DNA of 64,000 bases, taken from assembly GCA_937625935.1 (NCBI GenBank), contig OW569375.1:186001-250000 (forward strand). The letters run 5' to 3'. The DNA is from Tetramitus jugosus (taxonomy: Eukaryota > Protista > Heterolobosea). The notes below the pieces were generated by a model. The model searched no databases. It had not been told where the DNA came from and saw only the letters and a program-made list of their open reading frames with translations. The position numbers and the translations under genes are program-made. Shown here piece by piece: positions 1 to 10,826 of this stretch. Numbering within the stretch: position 1 is the first letter of the stretch; each line of letters opens with the position of its first letter.

Positions 1-1535
1 TGATGGAAGTTGCAAACTTTTCCAAATAAATGGACAAGGCAGCTTCAACAGCACCACCACCTGGAACAACATATTTGGATTCCAATACTCTCTTGACAAC
101 GCACAAAGCATCATGCAGAGATCTGTCCATTTCATCGAGAATAAACTCGTTAGCACCTCTCAAAATGATAGATTGAGCTTTGCTGGACTTTCCTCCCTTG
201 ATATACAATAGTTGATCATCAGCCAAAGTCTCTTCTACAACTTCGTCAGCCTCTCCCAAATAAGAAGGATCAAAAGATTCATCACCTTCCAAATTAGCCA
301 AAGAGGTGACAAGAGTAGCACCAGTCAATTTGGCAATTCTTCTCAAATCGTCCTTGTTACATCTTCTAGCAGCCATAGCTCCAGCCTCAACGAAATACTT
401 CAAGCACAAATCATCAATACCCTTCGTGGTGAAAATGACATTTGCACCGGCATCCAAAATCATTTGGATCTTATCTCTGATAAGAGTAATTTCACGCTCT
501 TGAACACCTTGCAATTGAGTTGGGTCAGTAATTTGAACTTGAATACCCATCTTCAATCTTTGTCTGTTTAAGTTAAAGTCCAAGACGGCAATCTTTGCAT
601 TCTTTACAGTTTGTGGCATCTGTTGGGATGCTCTTCTCACGTTAATAGCATAACCATTGATCAAAGCAGATTCCTTCAATGATCTACCGTGTTGCTTCAA
701 CACATTTACACTCTTAACTGGATATCTTTCCTTACCAGATCCAGTGATCACCTTCACGTTTTGAATAGCATCAACACACATCTCTGAGAAATGCTCACTC
801 TCAGCGCCAATAATCTTGGAAGACATGGAGGTCTTGGCAGCATTGACTAAAGCATCCTTGCCAAGAGTATCAGTCTTGATTTGCAAGTCAGAACGAATGA
901 ATTCAATTGATTTCTTAGCAGCCAATTTCATGCCAGCAATCACATTGGTTGGATGTATTCCGTTCTTGATCAATTCATTGGCTCTCTGTGTACAAGAACA
1001 TCAAAAGCAGAAAAAGTCACAAATGTGTCAATAAAAATTGTTGTTTCATGATTTCACAATGAAAGATGATTTCACACTTCGATTTGAGAGTGTAAAGATA
1101 AACGATTGATAAATTTGTACCTTCATCAATTCAGCAGCAAGGATGACAACACTGGTTGTACCATCACCAACTGCTTCATCTTGAGTTTGAGCCAATTCGA
1201 CCAAAATCTTAGCAGCAGGGTGCTTAATTTCAATTTGAGACAAAATGGTGGCACCATCATTGGTAACTACAAAAATAAAAATGATTGTGTGGTTAGCTTT
1301 CACTGTCATTTCAATGGTTACATGTGCGTTCATCACACAATGAAGAGATCAACCTACCAGTCACATCACCAATATCATCAACAAGCATTTTATCAAGACC
1401 TTGTGGACCAAGGGAAGTCTTCATAATTTGTTGAACAGTGGACACAGCGTGTACATTTTCGTCTCTAACGTCTTGACCAGATGTTCTAGTACCATCAATC
1501 TGGAGCATGGAGTTGCTTCTTTGTGCTGCGAACAT
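1..1535 (-). CDS. CCT1: T-complex protein 1 subunit alpha (CCT1), 3'-truncated by window edge; exons 1535-1358, 1266-1121, 985-<1
   Basis: Spliced translation gives [89 protein letters not shown] introns at 1357-1267 and 1120-986 restore the frame. Confidence 0.96.
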
Positions 1536-1711
1536 TGTATTTACTGTGTGAGTGTTGATGTGTGGATGCGATTGATGAAATGATTTGTTCAAGATGAAAA
1601 AATGGAGACTGTGGAAATTTTGGTTACAATAGGAGTCGGCTGTTGTAAGGAAAATATTCCGACAAAAATTTGGGCGGTAAAAACTTCCACGGAATGCACG
1701 ATGTATTGTTG

Positions 1712-2416
1712 TTACTTCTTGGCCCGAGCTCTGGTTGGTCCTTTCTTTGGAGGAGGAGCTTTTTCTATCAATATTATATTTCTATTACCTTCCTTCTTCT
1801 CTTTGGCAACTTTGGACAAGTAGTCGTAGTTTTCACCTTCTTGGAGAAGATCCAGAATTTCCTTGTGGTCGTACTCCTTTGCCCAATAAGCTGCTGTTTT
1901 CCCTTGGGCGTCCAGTGTTGTTGCACAACACCCCCTACTTATCAAAAGTTTAGAAATAGTTGACATCCCTTTCTGTGCAGCAAGATGCAACGGTGTAAGG
2001 CCCTGACGATCCTGTAAATTAGGGTCCGCATAGTGATTCAACAATGTTTCTACAAATTTCTTGTTTCCCTTACCTACAGCCATATGAAGTGGAGTTAAAC
2101 TTCCAACATCTGGTTCGAGCTGAACATTGGGATCACAACCATAAGATAGAACGAGTTCCAATATCGAAAGAAAACCTTTTTCAACACATATCTAAGGTCG
2201 ATCATTGAGAGAATTAATAGGAATTGAGATTAAAACACATTTATTCTTCCATTGTGAATTGAGTGAACATTGTGAAAGAAGCTACACACTTACATGACAT
2301 GCGTTGGCTCCCCGAGAAGTTGACGCATTAATATTGACATTGGTTTCAACGGCAATAGTTGACACTAGTCGCGCATCACCCGAGCTAACAGCGTTCAAGA
2401 ATACTTGTTCGGCCAT
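1712..2416 (-). CDS. Small ankyrin-repeat protein; exons 2416-2294, 2191-1712
   Basis: Ankyrin motifs TPLHMAV, GLTPLHLAAQKG, GKTAAYWA. Exon 1 (MAEQVFLNAVSSGD...GANACH) joins ICVEKGFLSILEL via a gtaagt...ttag intron (2293-2192). Confidence 0.9.
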
Positions 2417-2623
2417 CAATCTCCAGTACTTTTCAAGTTCACACCACACCTGTAAACGAACAGTTTCTGCTGCAGAAAAAATATTCCGCGAAATCTAATT
2501 CGAGGCCTGCCTTGAGGGAACTGTGGGTTCCAACCAGTTGTTTGTGGAGCATCACAAAGAAGCAAAGTCTGTTTTTGAGTTGCGAAACAGAACACCAAAC
2601 AAAACACAAGAGAGTAGGCATAC

Positions 2624-3595
2624 ATGTTTCATCAGCAACAACCTTACAATCCACAGAACGAACTTCCATACGACCGATTTCTTCACAGCTTGTCTCAATA
2701 CTCGTACAAGAATGGTGACTCCAGTTGTACTTATATCTCCATCGAGGCATGTCTCAGGTTCATGATTGGAGATGACATTGAAAAGTTTTACATGTACAGA
2801 GATTGTGACAGTTTGAGGCGCATCATTGAAGACATTATCGTGTGTGGTGTGGCCATTGATCGGGGATTGGGCCAGAGATCGTGCGATGAGACTATAAAGG
2901 CCGATCCGAGACTGAACTCATCCATTGCACTCGAGCACCAATACTTGGCCGAACTGAAGCAACAATCACCACGACACCAACAACAACAACAATTACACAA
3001 CAATAGCAAGAGTACAAGTACCTATGGTCAGTTGTTGCGCGAGATGGAGTGCATGGCCAGGGGAGAGCAAGCAGAGAAACGCAATTACAAGGTGTGTTGT
3101 GTTCTGACAAAGCCACCAGAGACCATTTGTGTCGCACATGTTCACAATCCAAATCTATTGTTCCAATACTTGATATTCGACTCACATCCCAGGGGAAATA
3201 CACACCAGTTGGAAAGGGAAGGAATATTGAAACCGAATGGTAACATTGGACCTGGGTCAGGTGCCGGATTCTACTTTTTCAGAAATTTACAAGCGGTTGA
3301 GAGATATTTGGAGAGAGTTTTGCCAGGTTTGGATTCAATGGACCAATCTTTGTACGGCGGTCGCAATTCCTACAATACATTTGCTCACTCCATGTTTGAA
3401 GCCAATATTATACGCTTAAGGTGGATGGGAGATGATAGAAGTCCTGTTATGCACTTTTTGTCGCCACCACCAGAGCTCGAAACAAATAAGCCAGTGTTGC
3501 TCGACACAAAGAGTGAATCCAGCGACACCAACACCCTCTTGACCAACCAACCGAAGCAAAGCAGCTCCACTCATTTCCTGGATTTGACCAGATGA
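2624..3595 (+). CDS. Putative viral-tegument-like (VTD / peptidase C76-related) deubiquitinase
   Basis: 323-aa ORF with SLSQ-x5-GDSSCTYI (candidate catalytic Cys), VLTKPPETI and YLIFDSHPRG (Asp-x-His). This matches the motif order of herpesviral tegument-like DUBs. Confidence 0.7.
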   Translation: MFHQQQPYNPQNELPYDRFLHSLSQYSYKNGDSSCTYISIEACLRFMIGDDIEKFYMYRDCDSLRRIIEDIIVCGVAIDRGLGQRSCDETIKADPRLNSSIALEHQYLAELKQQSPRHQQQQQLHNNSKSTSTYGQLLREMECMARGEQAEKRNYKVCCVLTKPPETICVAHVHNPNLLFQYLIFDSHPRGNTHQLEREGILKPNGNIGPGSGAGFYFFRNLQAVERYLERVLPGLDSMDQSLYGGRNSYNTFAHSMFEANIIRLRWMGDDRSPVMHFLSPPPELETNKPVLLDTKSESSDTNTLLTNQPKQSSSTHFLDLTR

Positions 3596-3622
3596 GGCCA
3601 ACAATTTTAGTAAAAGTATTTT

Positions 3623-3695
3623 CTCCTCCAGTTGGGCTCGAACCAACGACCTGCAGGTTAACAGCCTGACGCTCTACCAACTGAGCCATGGAGGA
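3623..3695 (-). tRNA. trnN-GTT: tRNA-Asn (GTT), intronless, 73 nt
   Basis: Reverse complement TCCTCCATGGCTCAGTTGGTAGAGCGTCAGGCTGTTAACCTGCAGGTCGTTGGTTCGAGCCCAACTGGAGGAG has a 7-bp acceptor stem, A/B boxes, a CTGTTAA anticodon loop and a G discriminator. A TTTT run lies a few nt downstream. Confidence 0.97.
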
Positions 3696-3941
3696 TATAT
3701 TTAAATTCTCCGAAATATATATTTTGGCTATTTAGAACGCAAGGACGCGTTCGGATTGTTTTCCGGGCAGGGTTGTTACTGTTACTTCGTCCAACATCGA
3801 AGGTGTTATGGCATCAAAATGTTTGGACTAGTTCCCTTTGGTATCATGGCCCTTGATCGATCAAGTCTGACAGATGACACCATCGAAATTTCCCTCCCGA
3901 AGAAAACAGATCAAGAAGACGTTGATCAGTATCTGAAAAAA

Positions 3942-4877
3942 ATGAGTTCAGTGAGTCTCTTACTAGACAAAGCTTCCTTTGTTGCTGGTGAGATGATCAC
4001 AGGGAGGGTTATTCTCTATGTAGAAACACTACTCAAAGCCAGCTCATTGACAATCGAGTGGATTGGATTCGAAAGAACAAGACTGACATACGATATTTCG
4101 ACAATGCCTGCCTTAGAGTTGTATGAAACAATAACACAGAAAAAACCCGTGTTTGTTCCGGTAACCGATACAGTGACACTCTTCGATGGTGAGGTTCAGC
4201 CAGGAAGATACGAATTTTCAGTTGAGTTTCAGACCCCCAGCACACTACCTGGTGTGTTTTCCTACTATGATGATACGATCACAGCAGCCATCAAGTATAA
4301 AGCTATTGTAAGGCTCCATCTTGAGAATCAAGAAAAAGAGATTGAAAGAGCAAAGAAGCTTATCTACATTGTGCCATCATCTGCTGCAGCAGAGCAAGCC
4401 AAATCAATTTCTGTTTCGCGTGAGAAGAAGATTTTGTTTGCAAGAGGGAAGCTTGGAATTACTGCCAAACTTGACTATGACAGATTTTCGACTGATGGAG
4501 CTATTCCATTCAGAGTGCATGTTAACAATACGACGGGAAGAAATGTAAGAGCTCTCAAGGTCAAGCTCATGCAAGAGATCAAGATCTTATGCTGTGAAAA
4601 GCACGGAGAAAAAACAACCAAGGTGGCCAAGGAGAGAATCCAAGGCATCAAAGGAAGAACTAGATGTTTTGAGTTTAATTTTGAACTAGATTCTTATGAA
4701 CTGCCACCATCGACGAATGGATCTTTGATAGCGTGTCGATACTACTTTGTTGTCGAATGCAATGTACTGATGGGTCGCAAGTTAAAGGTTAGTCCTTCCT
4801 TCCAACTAATGTTGATGCCCAAGAAGTATGAACCGATCGACTTGTACACAAATTTGGAGGAGGGTTGCTGGAGATAA
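3942..4877 (+). CDS. Arrestin-domain (alpha-arrestin-like) protein, copy 1
   Basis: F-x-AGEMITGRV, PGRYEFSVEFQTPSTLPG, AAIKYKA, VNNTTGRNV, LPPSTNGSLIACRY. The start was chosen by alignment to the paralog (MSSVSLLLDK vs MSTVSLSLDK). Confidence 0.88.
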   Translation: MSSVSLLLDKASFVAGEMITGRVILYVETLLKASSLTIEWIGFERTRLTYDISTMPALELYETITQKKPVFVPVTDTVTLFDGEVQPGRYEFSVEFQTPSTLPGVFSYYDDTITAAIKYKAIVRLHLENQEKEIERAKKLIYIVPSSAAAEQAKSISVSREKKILFARGKLGITAKLDYDRFSTDGAIPFRVHVNNTTGRNVRALKVKLMQEIKILCCEKHGEKTTKVAKERIQGIKGRTRCFEFNFELDSYELPPSTNGSLIACRYYFVVECNVLMGRKLKVSPSFQLMLMPKKYEPIDLYTNLEEGCWR

Positions 4878-5157
4878 ACCGTAAGTTAGAGTGCTAAGAC
4901 AGCTCTGGACCTCACAGTCATTCATTTTGTACCTCACCAAGGCATTGTATTTTGCACTGTGCAATTTGTAAATAACTCGATCACTTTTTAAAAACCCAAA
5001 CCAGGCAGACCCAGAAAGGTTCGGAACAACAAGGATTCGTACGCAGATGACATCACCCGTCGAAAATTCCGACCTCCAAATATTGCTGGAACTGAAGGGC
5101 CAACCAGAGATCACAGATCTCCAGATTAAAACAAACATTGAAGTTTAAATAATAATA

Positions 5158-6003
5158 ATGAGTACAGTGAGTCTCTCGCTAGACAAACCTTTCTTTTTTG
5201 CAGGTGAGTTGATTACTGGAAAGGTCTTGATCGATGCAAGAGCTGTCCTCCAAGCTAGCTCGTTGACAATTCATTGGATAGGATTCGAAAGAGCAAGACT
5301 AAATGTTTGCTACGATCCAGCCAGGGCAGGCGAGAGCAAAATAAAGGAAGAACTTTTGTTTGGTAAGAAGCTTACCTTAACAAAATTCCGAGATGGGAAG
5401 GTTCAACCAGGACACTACGAATTTCCAGTGCAGTTTCAGACCACCGACACACTGCCTGGTGTGTTTTCACACTTTAACGATCGTTTTTGTACAGCAGCCA
5501 TCAAGTACAAAGCTAAAGTACGACTCGAGGGTCAAGGAAACGAGATCAAAGGAAAGAGAGATATCATCATTGTGCCAGCATCTGCTGCAACTCCGCAACT
5601 CAAGTCACTTTCTTGCACCAAAGACAAGCAGTTTTTGTTTACAAGAGGGAAGCTCGAAATGACCGTCAAGCTCGGAAAGAATGTGTTTTCGACTGTTGGA
5701 TCCATTCCGGTCAAAGTACAAATCAACAATGAGACAGGAAAAGATGTGAATGCTATCAAGATAAAGCTCAAGCACTGCATCGTGATCCGTTGCTGCGAAG
5801 AGGCAGAGATATTTGAGATCAAGGTTGCCAAAAAGAAGTTCCCCGTAATTGTCAAAGCTGGAACTATGTTTTCTGACGAGTTGAATTTTGAACTCGATTC
5901 TAATTTAGAGGTTAGATTACCCTTCCAACTTGTGTTGATGCCAGAGAATGATCAACCAACCAACCTGTACACAAATTTGGAAAAAGGCTGTTGGAAGAAG
6001 TAA
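5158..6003 (+). CDS. Arrestin-domain protein, copy 2 (tandem paralog with internal deletion)
   Basis: Collinear with 3942-4877 (PGHYEFPVQFQT, AAIKYKA, shared C-terminus LYTNLEKGCW). It lacks about 28 aa of the C-domain. Confidence 0.85.
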   Translation: MSTVSLSLDKPFFFAGELITGKVLIDARAVLQASSLTIHWIGFERARLNVCYDPARAGESKIKEELLFGKKLTLTKFRDGKVQPGHYEFPVQFQTTDTLPGVFSHFNDRFCTAAIKYKAKVRLEGQGNEIKGKRDIIIVPASAATPQLKSLSCTKDKQFLFTRGKLEMTVKLGKNVFSTVGSIPVKVQINNETGKDVNAIKIKLKHCIVIRCCEEAEIFEIKVAKKKFPVIVKAGTMFSDELNFELDSNLEVRLPFQLVLMPENDQPTNLYTNLEKGCWKK

Positions 6004-6100
6004 GAGGTTAATTTGAAATGAGAGACAATGTCAAATGAGGCCCTGTAAATAAAAACCATCTCGCACTTTTTCACTAAAGCATCACGCAACACACAACAAA

Positions 6101-6829
6101 ATGAACCCAGTGGACGATGATGAAACAACATCAATTTTGCTCCCAAACGATTTTGCTCAATGGCGTAGCACCATTTCTTCCCTCTCGAATCAATCACTAG
6201 GGGCCAACAATCACTACAATCATGAATTATTTGATCATGATATTAGAGATTTGTTGACAAACAATGATCATCATGACACATCATGGAGACACACGGAGGA
6301 TGAATTGGCGCGAAGAGGAATTTACAATTGGTTCCAAATACGGCAAGCACTGAAGAATCATCAGCATGCGATCACTTTTGGCAGCCAATCGATACACAAC
6401 AAGTACAATCACAACAACTCCAATGCAGCTGCTGCTTTCAAGTCCATTGAAGAAGCAAACGTGTTTGATGATTTACCCACAGAAGAATTGAACGAGAGAG
6501 ACATGATGGGTGTTGGTGATGATGAAGACCGAGTGAGTAGTCGCCGTATGCTAGTGGACAATGTCATGGCACTGGCATCGAATCCAAAAGCTGTTGAGCA
6601 AATGCAGCAACAACGATTGAACAATTGGATGCTCAAGCAGAGTATTCCACGGACAGTTGAATATTGGAGAAGAATGGAGAGAGACATGGCAGAGAATAGT
6701 GGATTGCCCAATCATATTCGCACCTATCAACTACCTCAAATGAGATTGCACCATCGTATTCAACAACCCGATTTGAGCAAGGTTCATTCAGTCAACAACA
6801 ACAACAACAATAACACTGCGATTACATAG
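6101..6829 (+). CDS. Hypothetical protein (242 aa)
   Basis: ATG preceded by a CAA-rich leader, coding-like composition and an Asn/Gln-rich tail. No family recognised. Confidence 0.7.
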   Translation: MNPVDDDETTSILLPNDFAQWRSTISSLSNQSLGANNHYNHELFDHDIRDLLTNNDHHDTSWRHTEDELARRGIYNWFQIRQALKNHQHAITFGSQSIHNKYNHNNSNAAAAFKSIEEANVFDDLPTEELNERDMMGVGDDEDRVSSRRMLVDNVMALASNPKAVEQMQQQRLNNWMLKQSIPRTVEYWRRMERDMAENSGLPNHIRTYQLPQMRLHHRIQQPDLSKVHSVNNNNNNNTAIT

Positions 6830-6979
6830 GTTTCAGTTCGAACAAGAGTAAGAGCAAGCGAGAGTACTATGAATTGAAATTGTTAGATTGATGATCAAAT
6901 TGATGGTTTTTACTGTCGATCATAAAAACAGAGTCGAGATGAGACACATAACAATAGCGAGTCATTGGGAGAGGAAAAT

Positions 6980-9900
6980 TTATTCAACAACCAAGCGATC
7001 ATCAGATACTACTGCTAACGTAGTTTGCAAGAGCATTGAACTCAATGGTATTTCTTGATGATTGTTCTGTGGTGCGCTGCTTTGATCCTTGCAGCTTTCG
7101 ATCCATCTGCTGGCTATGCCCATAATAAAGTGAACATGTGATTTCATGTCTAGTCTTCCACGTTTTGTATGAGACAGATAGAACAACAATTTGGCTGCAA
7201 ATCGTTTCACTTCTTCATCATCGTGATATTTGCCCAGAATGGCACTTATCTGCTCCACCATGTTCCTTTCGGCCATTAATTTTCGATAAAAGGAGTTCTT
7301 CTCTGCCATGATCATTAAGGTATCAAGTACAGCCATGAGCGAGTCCCTCGAGCCAATCGATTTCTCTAGTTGGTGTGCAAAGTGATCAAACTTTTCAGCT
7401 GAATAGCAGAGAGCCTTATGATTCTGCCAGTCTTCTCGCTGACATTCCACACTGCAATAGAAAGTTGAACGACAAACAGAACATCTCTTGAGCTTCGAGT
7501 CATCAGATTCTGTACTGTGACAGTTTGCACAAATTCCTGTCGTTTGATCCGGTTTCATACTATCAATAGCATTTGTAAACCCACAACCCTTCTCTCTCAG
7601 AACAGAGAAGAGACTGAGTTGCATGTCTTCCAACATGGATTTCATTTGTTGTTGAAACGGATTTTCCTTGTCAGGCGATTGTGGGTGAACCACTTCTTTC
7701 TTTGGCATTGAAGCGATGGGATTCGGTTGACTTGATGGAACACTGGAAGGCAAGTGTTTGGAGCAACGCTTTTCCAAACGCTCATACATGACATTCAAGC
7801 AGCTCGTATAGACAATATAGGCGCTTTGGTACGCAAGATCTTCAATCATGGTGTTGTCCTTGTACATTCTGTCAATGGATTGAAGTCTTTTGATTGCAAT
7901 TTTGTGTTTCACATCATCCAAATATCCATGTGATGACAGTTTCTCAGGTACTCCTACTTTGCAGTACATGCACATACGCTCAGCTCGCCTAATACTTGCA
8001 CGATAAAAAGAGTACCAAGGCTTATATTGGTTGCATCCTCCACAATAGTAGTTAATATCTCGACCATTGTTTGAAATCTGAAGAAATCCTGAAGCGAGTC
8101 TATTTGCTTTGCACAGGTCTGAGTCATACTCGAACATAGCGCAAGAGTTGAGAGCGGTCAAGTTGTCCTTTGTCAACCCATCTAGCCACGGTCCATAGTG
8201 TATATCAGGTGGTAGTAGAACTCGACCATCCTTCATGCCCTGCTCGAAACTAGCTCTGATTGATTTGCGAAAGTAGGGTGATTCTAGGAAGATTGGTGCC
8301 TCATAGAACGCAATTTCTACAAAATTATTAAGTTTTTCAATCTTCTCCATCACAGATGGTTTCGTTATGAGACAGATATTATCTTTCTGAACTTCGGACA
8401 ATGACTCCCAAAACTTGGCAATACGTTGATGTTTTCGTTTGTTATGAATAAACCATGTTCGACTCATAGACTCAGCAATTGTATCCAACTGATTGGTCAT
8501 GAGTGCAATACTCATTTCTTGTAATCGTCCACTACGCAACACTTGTGCTTCTTCGTTCAAATCTTCAATCCGTTTTCGTATATTCTGGTGAAGGAGCGTA
8601 ACTTCAGTGTTATTCTCATCAATTTTTTTGGCTACGTTCAAATCATTGACAGCATGAATAAGTAACTTCTCTCGATCGTAAGCCATTGCCCTTCGAACTC
8701 GAGCTCTCAGATATGATGGATCAATTGCAATAGATGCTGTACAATCGCTGATACAGCTTTGATGATCTGCCAATTGGAAGTGACAGGCAGCTCGATTACA
8801 ATATAGGACGGAGAGATCAATATTGTCCTCAGGACATACGGATATTGCTTTGGAATACAACTCCAAAGCATTTTGAAAATCTCCCTGCTTGTACTTAACA
8901 TTACCTTGTTCTTTCATTTGTTGATGTTCAACTATCACTTCCTTCGGTATCAAAGCCTTACTCTTAATTCGATCAAAGGCTTGCTGAGCGACCTTATTTA
9001 GTGAGCCTAATATCATTAATTCTGTTAGTGCGAGAAGCGCTAGCTCATTGTCGCCATTCGCTTCGTAACTGAGCGCTTTTCGAAATAGAGATTTTGCATG
9101 CGTAGGGCTCAATTGAAGTGCTGCATTGCAGTCCTCAATCACACTCGCATGATCATTCATCTTTGCAAAACATAGTGCTCGATTGCTATAATAGGTGACC
9201 TTGTCAGGATACATGTCATAACTGATCAAAGAAATAGCTCGCGTATAGAACTCGACTGCGGAGGTATAGTCATCATGGGCAAATTTTTCGTTTCCAATCA
9301 TTTTGTACTCGCCTGCCAAATCAATGCAAACAGAATGGAAGGAACAATCTCGCGAGTCACAAGGAGCAGCGAGCCACTCTCTAATCCAATAGACTGCACC
9401 AGCCGATCGAACCCAACTCTTTCTCATCTTTTGAGCATACTCATAACCCTCCTGGTCGCTAATCGAATATTTACAAGGTTTTTCTCTCACACCAGCCAGA
9501 TAGTACACTGTCGTAGGATTGTAGAAAAAGGCTAGATACAGCGCATCTAACGTGTCATCGTCCACGAGAAACTTGCGCCGATAAATGCGCAAAACATTGT
9601 TGTAGGCCACTTCGGTTGTCAAGTCCAAGCGATTCCTCTCTCTTCCTACCAATCGACCATACATTACAACACTGTTGTGTTGCTTGTTCTTCTCTGACCT
9701 AGTGAGTGCCATTGTGAGGAATCCGGTAATAAATAGTGTCAAGACTTTTGTGACCAAATAACGGCGCACAACCTTAAATATGGCACATTGACTCGTTTTG
9801 TTCTGATCGATTAGACAGTAGAGGGAACGATTTGATTTTTGATCATAGTCCCACCATTCATTGGACAGAGCAGCACTCAACAAGTGAAACAAACGATACC

Positions 9901-10639
9901 GATGTTCATCATAATTGAAGAATTCTCGGTGTAGATCACTGGATATCATTCTCATATCCACCAAGAACATATCATAGAGATCCTCTGACGTAATCGTCAT
10001 ATCCAAAAAGTCTCTATTCTCCACAGCATACTCCAACTGAGTATCAAAATTAAGTCTAAATTCCTCTCTGGTACACGTCTTGTACATGTGAATGAATCTA
10101 GATTTATGATTGTTCCACACGCGACACAACTCTTCATGTGAATAGTTTAATAGGTCCAACAGTGATGCCGATATGGGTTCAATGTCCAAATTATCAAATC
10201 GAATAAATGATTCTACTCTGTTGGGCATGGGTAGCCAATCATCTGTCTGAGTCCAATCACCACTTGAGCTCAACGCATTGATCGCATTGGAATATTGTTT
10301 CATACAACTAGTGTCATAATGGACTTGATTGTGATGGCCATTGTTGTTGTTGGCGTGATCATTGTTGTGAGGTGATGCATGATGAGTTGAACAACATGTA
10401 TCTTCAACTGCTGTTGTTGTTGTCATTGGTGTGGTGGTGGTGGTGGTGGTGGTAGGTGGTTGATGATGCATTGTGTTCAATGGTTCATGATGATCGTCAT
10501 GTGAAGACAATGACGGACGATGAGATTGCTGTTGTTGTGGTTGTTGCGATTGTTGATTGATGGAGGAAGATGGCCGCTTATTGGAGCTGCTCTTGTTGGT
10601 GGTGCTTGCTGTCGTTGGTGTTTTTTTCTTCTTGGCCAT
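6980..10639 (-). CDS. Large TPR-repeat + MYND zinc-finger protein with additional Cys4 finger
   Basis: Two co-chaperone-type TPR triplets (GNEKF..YSNRALCF; GNVKYKQGDF..YCNRAAC), a MYND finger CANC..RCSVCRSTFYCSVECQREDWQNHKALC, an extra CGGC-x20-CMYC motif and a helical C-terminus. Confidence 0.9.
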   Translation of the reverse strand: MAKKKKTPTTASTTNKSSSNKRPSSSINQQSQQPQQQQSHRPSLSSHDDHHEPLNTMHHQPPTTTTTTTTPMTTTTAVEDTCCSTHHASPHNNDHANNNNGHHNQVHYDTSCMKQYSNAINALSSSGDWTQTDDWLPMPNRVESFIRFDNLDIEPISASLLDLLNYSHEELCRVWNNHKSRFIHMYKTCTREEFRLNFDTQLEYAVENRDFLDMTITSEDLYDMFLVDMRMISSDLHREFFNYDEHRYRLFHLLSAALSNEWWDYDQKSNRSLYCLIDQNKTSQCAIFKVVRRYLVTKVLTLFITGFLTMALTRSEKNKQHNSVVMYGRLVGRERNRLDLTTEVAYNNVLRIYRRKFLVDDDTLDALYLAFFYNPTTVYYLAGVREKPCKYSISDQEGYEYAQKMRKSWVRSAGAVYWIREWLAAPCDSRDCSFHSVCIDLAGEYKMIGNEKFAHDDYTSAVEFYTRAISLISYDMYPDKVTYYSNRALCFAKMNDHASVIEDCNAALQLSPTHAKSLFRKALSYEANGDNELALLALTELMILGSLNKVAQQAFDRIKSKALIPKEVIVEHQQMKEQGNVKYKQGDFQNALELYSKAISVCPEDNIDLSVLYCNRAACHFQLADHQSCISDCTASIAIDPSYLRARVRRAMAYDREKLLIHAVNDLNVAKKIDENNTEVTLLHQNIRKRIEDLNEEAQVLRSGRLQEMSIALMTNQLDTIAESMSRTWFIHNKRKHQRIAKFWESLSEVQKDNICLITKPSVMEKIEKLNNFVEIAFYEAPIFLESPYFRKSIRASFEQGMKDGRVLLPPDIHYGPWLDGLTKDNLTALNSCAMFEYDSDLCKANRLASGFLQISNNGRDINYYCGGCNQYKPWYSFYRASIRRAERMCMYCKVGVPEKLSSHGYLDDVKHKIAIKRLQSIDRMYKDNTMIEDLAYQSAYIVYTSCLNVMYERLEKRCSKHLPSSVPSSQPNPIASMPKKEVVHPQSPDKENPFQQQMKSMLEDMQLSLFSVLREKGCGFTNAIDSMKPDQTTGICANCHSTESDDSKLKRCSVCRSTFYCSVECQREDWQNHKALCYSAEKFDHFAHQLEKSIGSRDSLMAVLDTLMIMAEKNSFYRKLMAERNMVEQISAILGKYHDDEEVKRFAAKLLFYLSHTKRGRLDMKSHVHFIMGIASRWIESCKDQSSAPQNNHQEIPLSSMLLQTTLAVVSDDRLVVE
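10431..10453. repeat. (GGT)n microsatellite encoding poly-Thr
   Basis: gtggtggtggtggtggtggtggt inside the low-complexity N-terminus of the TPR-MYND ORF. Confidence 0.9.
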
Positions 10640-10771
10640 TGCCTCAATGAACTATGGATGGTGGTGGTATATAAAAAATGATAAGTTAAAAGATAGAGAG
10701 TTGGTGTCGTTGTTGGGGAAGAACGTGAAGTTGAACCAAATTGAAAAAAGCAGCGGAGATTTTTTGTGTGG

Positions 10772-10787
10772 AATTGGCGCGCCAATT
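10772..10787. promoter_or_regulatory. Perfect 16-bp palindrome AATTGGCGCGCCAATT (E2F-like site)
   Basis: Lies about 130 bp upstream of the TPR-MYND ATG. The TTGGCGC core resembles the E2F consensus TTTSSCGC on both strands. Confidence 0.45.
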
Positions 10788-10826
10788 TTTTGTCTTGTGG
10801 GAATTCAAGGTTTTATTTAAGTTGGC

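Noticed and set aside
3447-3689. 80-aa minus-strand ORF starting MAQLVERQAVNLQVVGSSPTGG
   Set aside because: This is the conceptual translation of the tRNA-Asn gene running antisense into the upstream CDS, not a protein.
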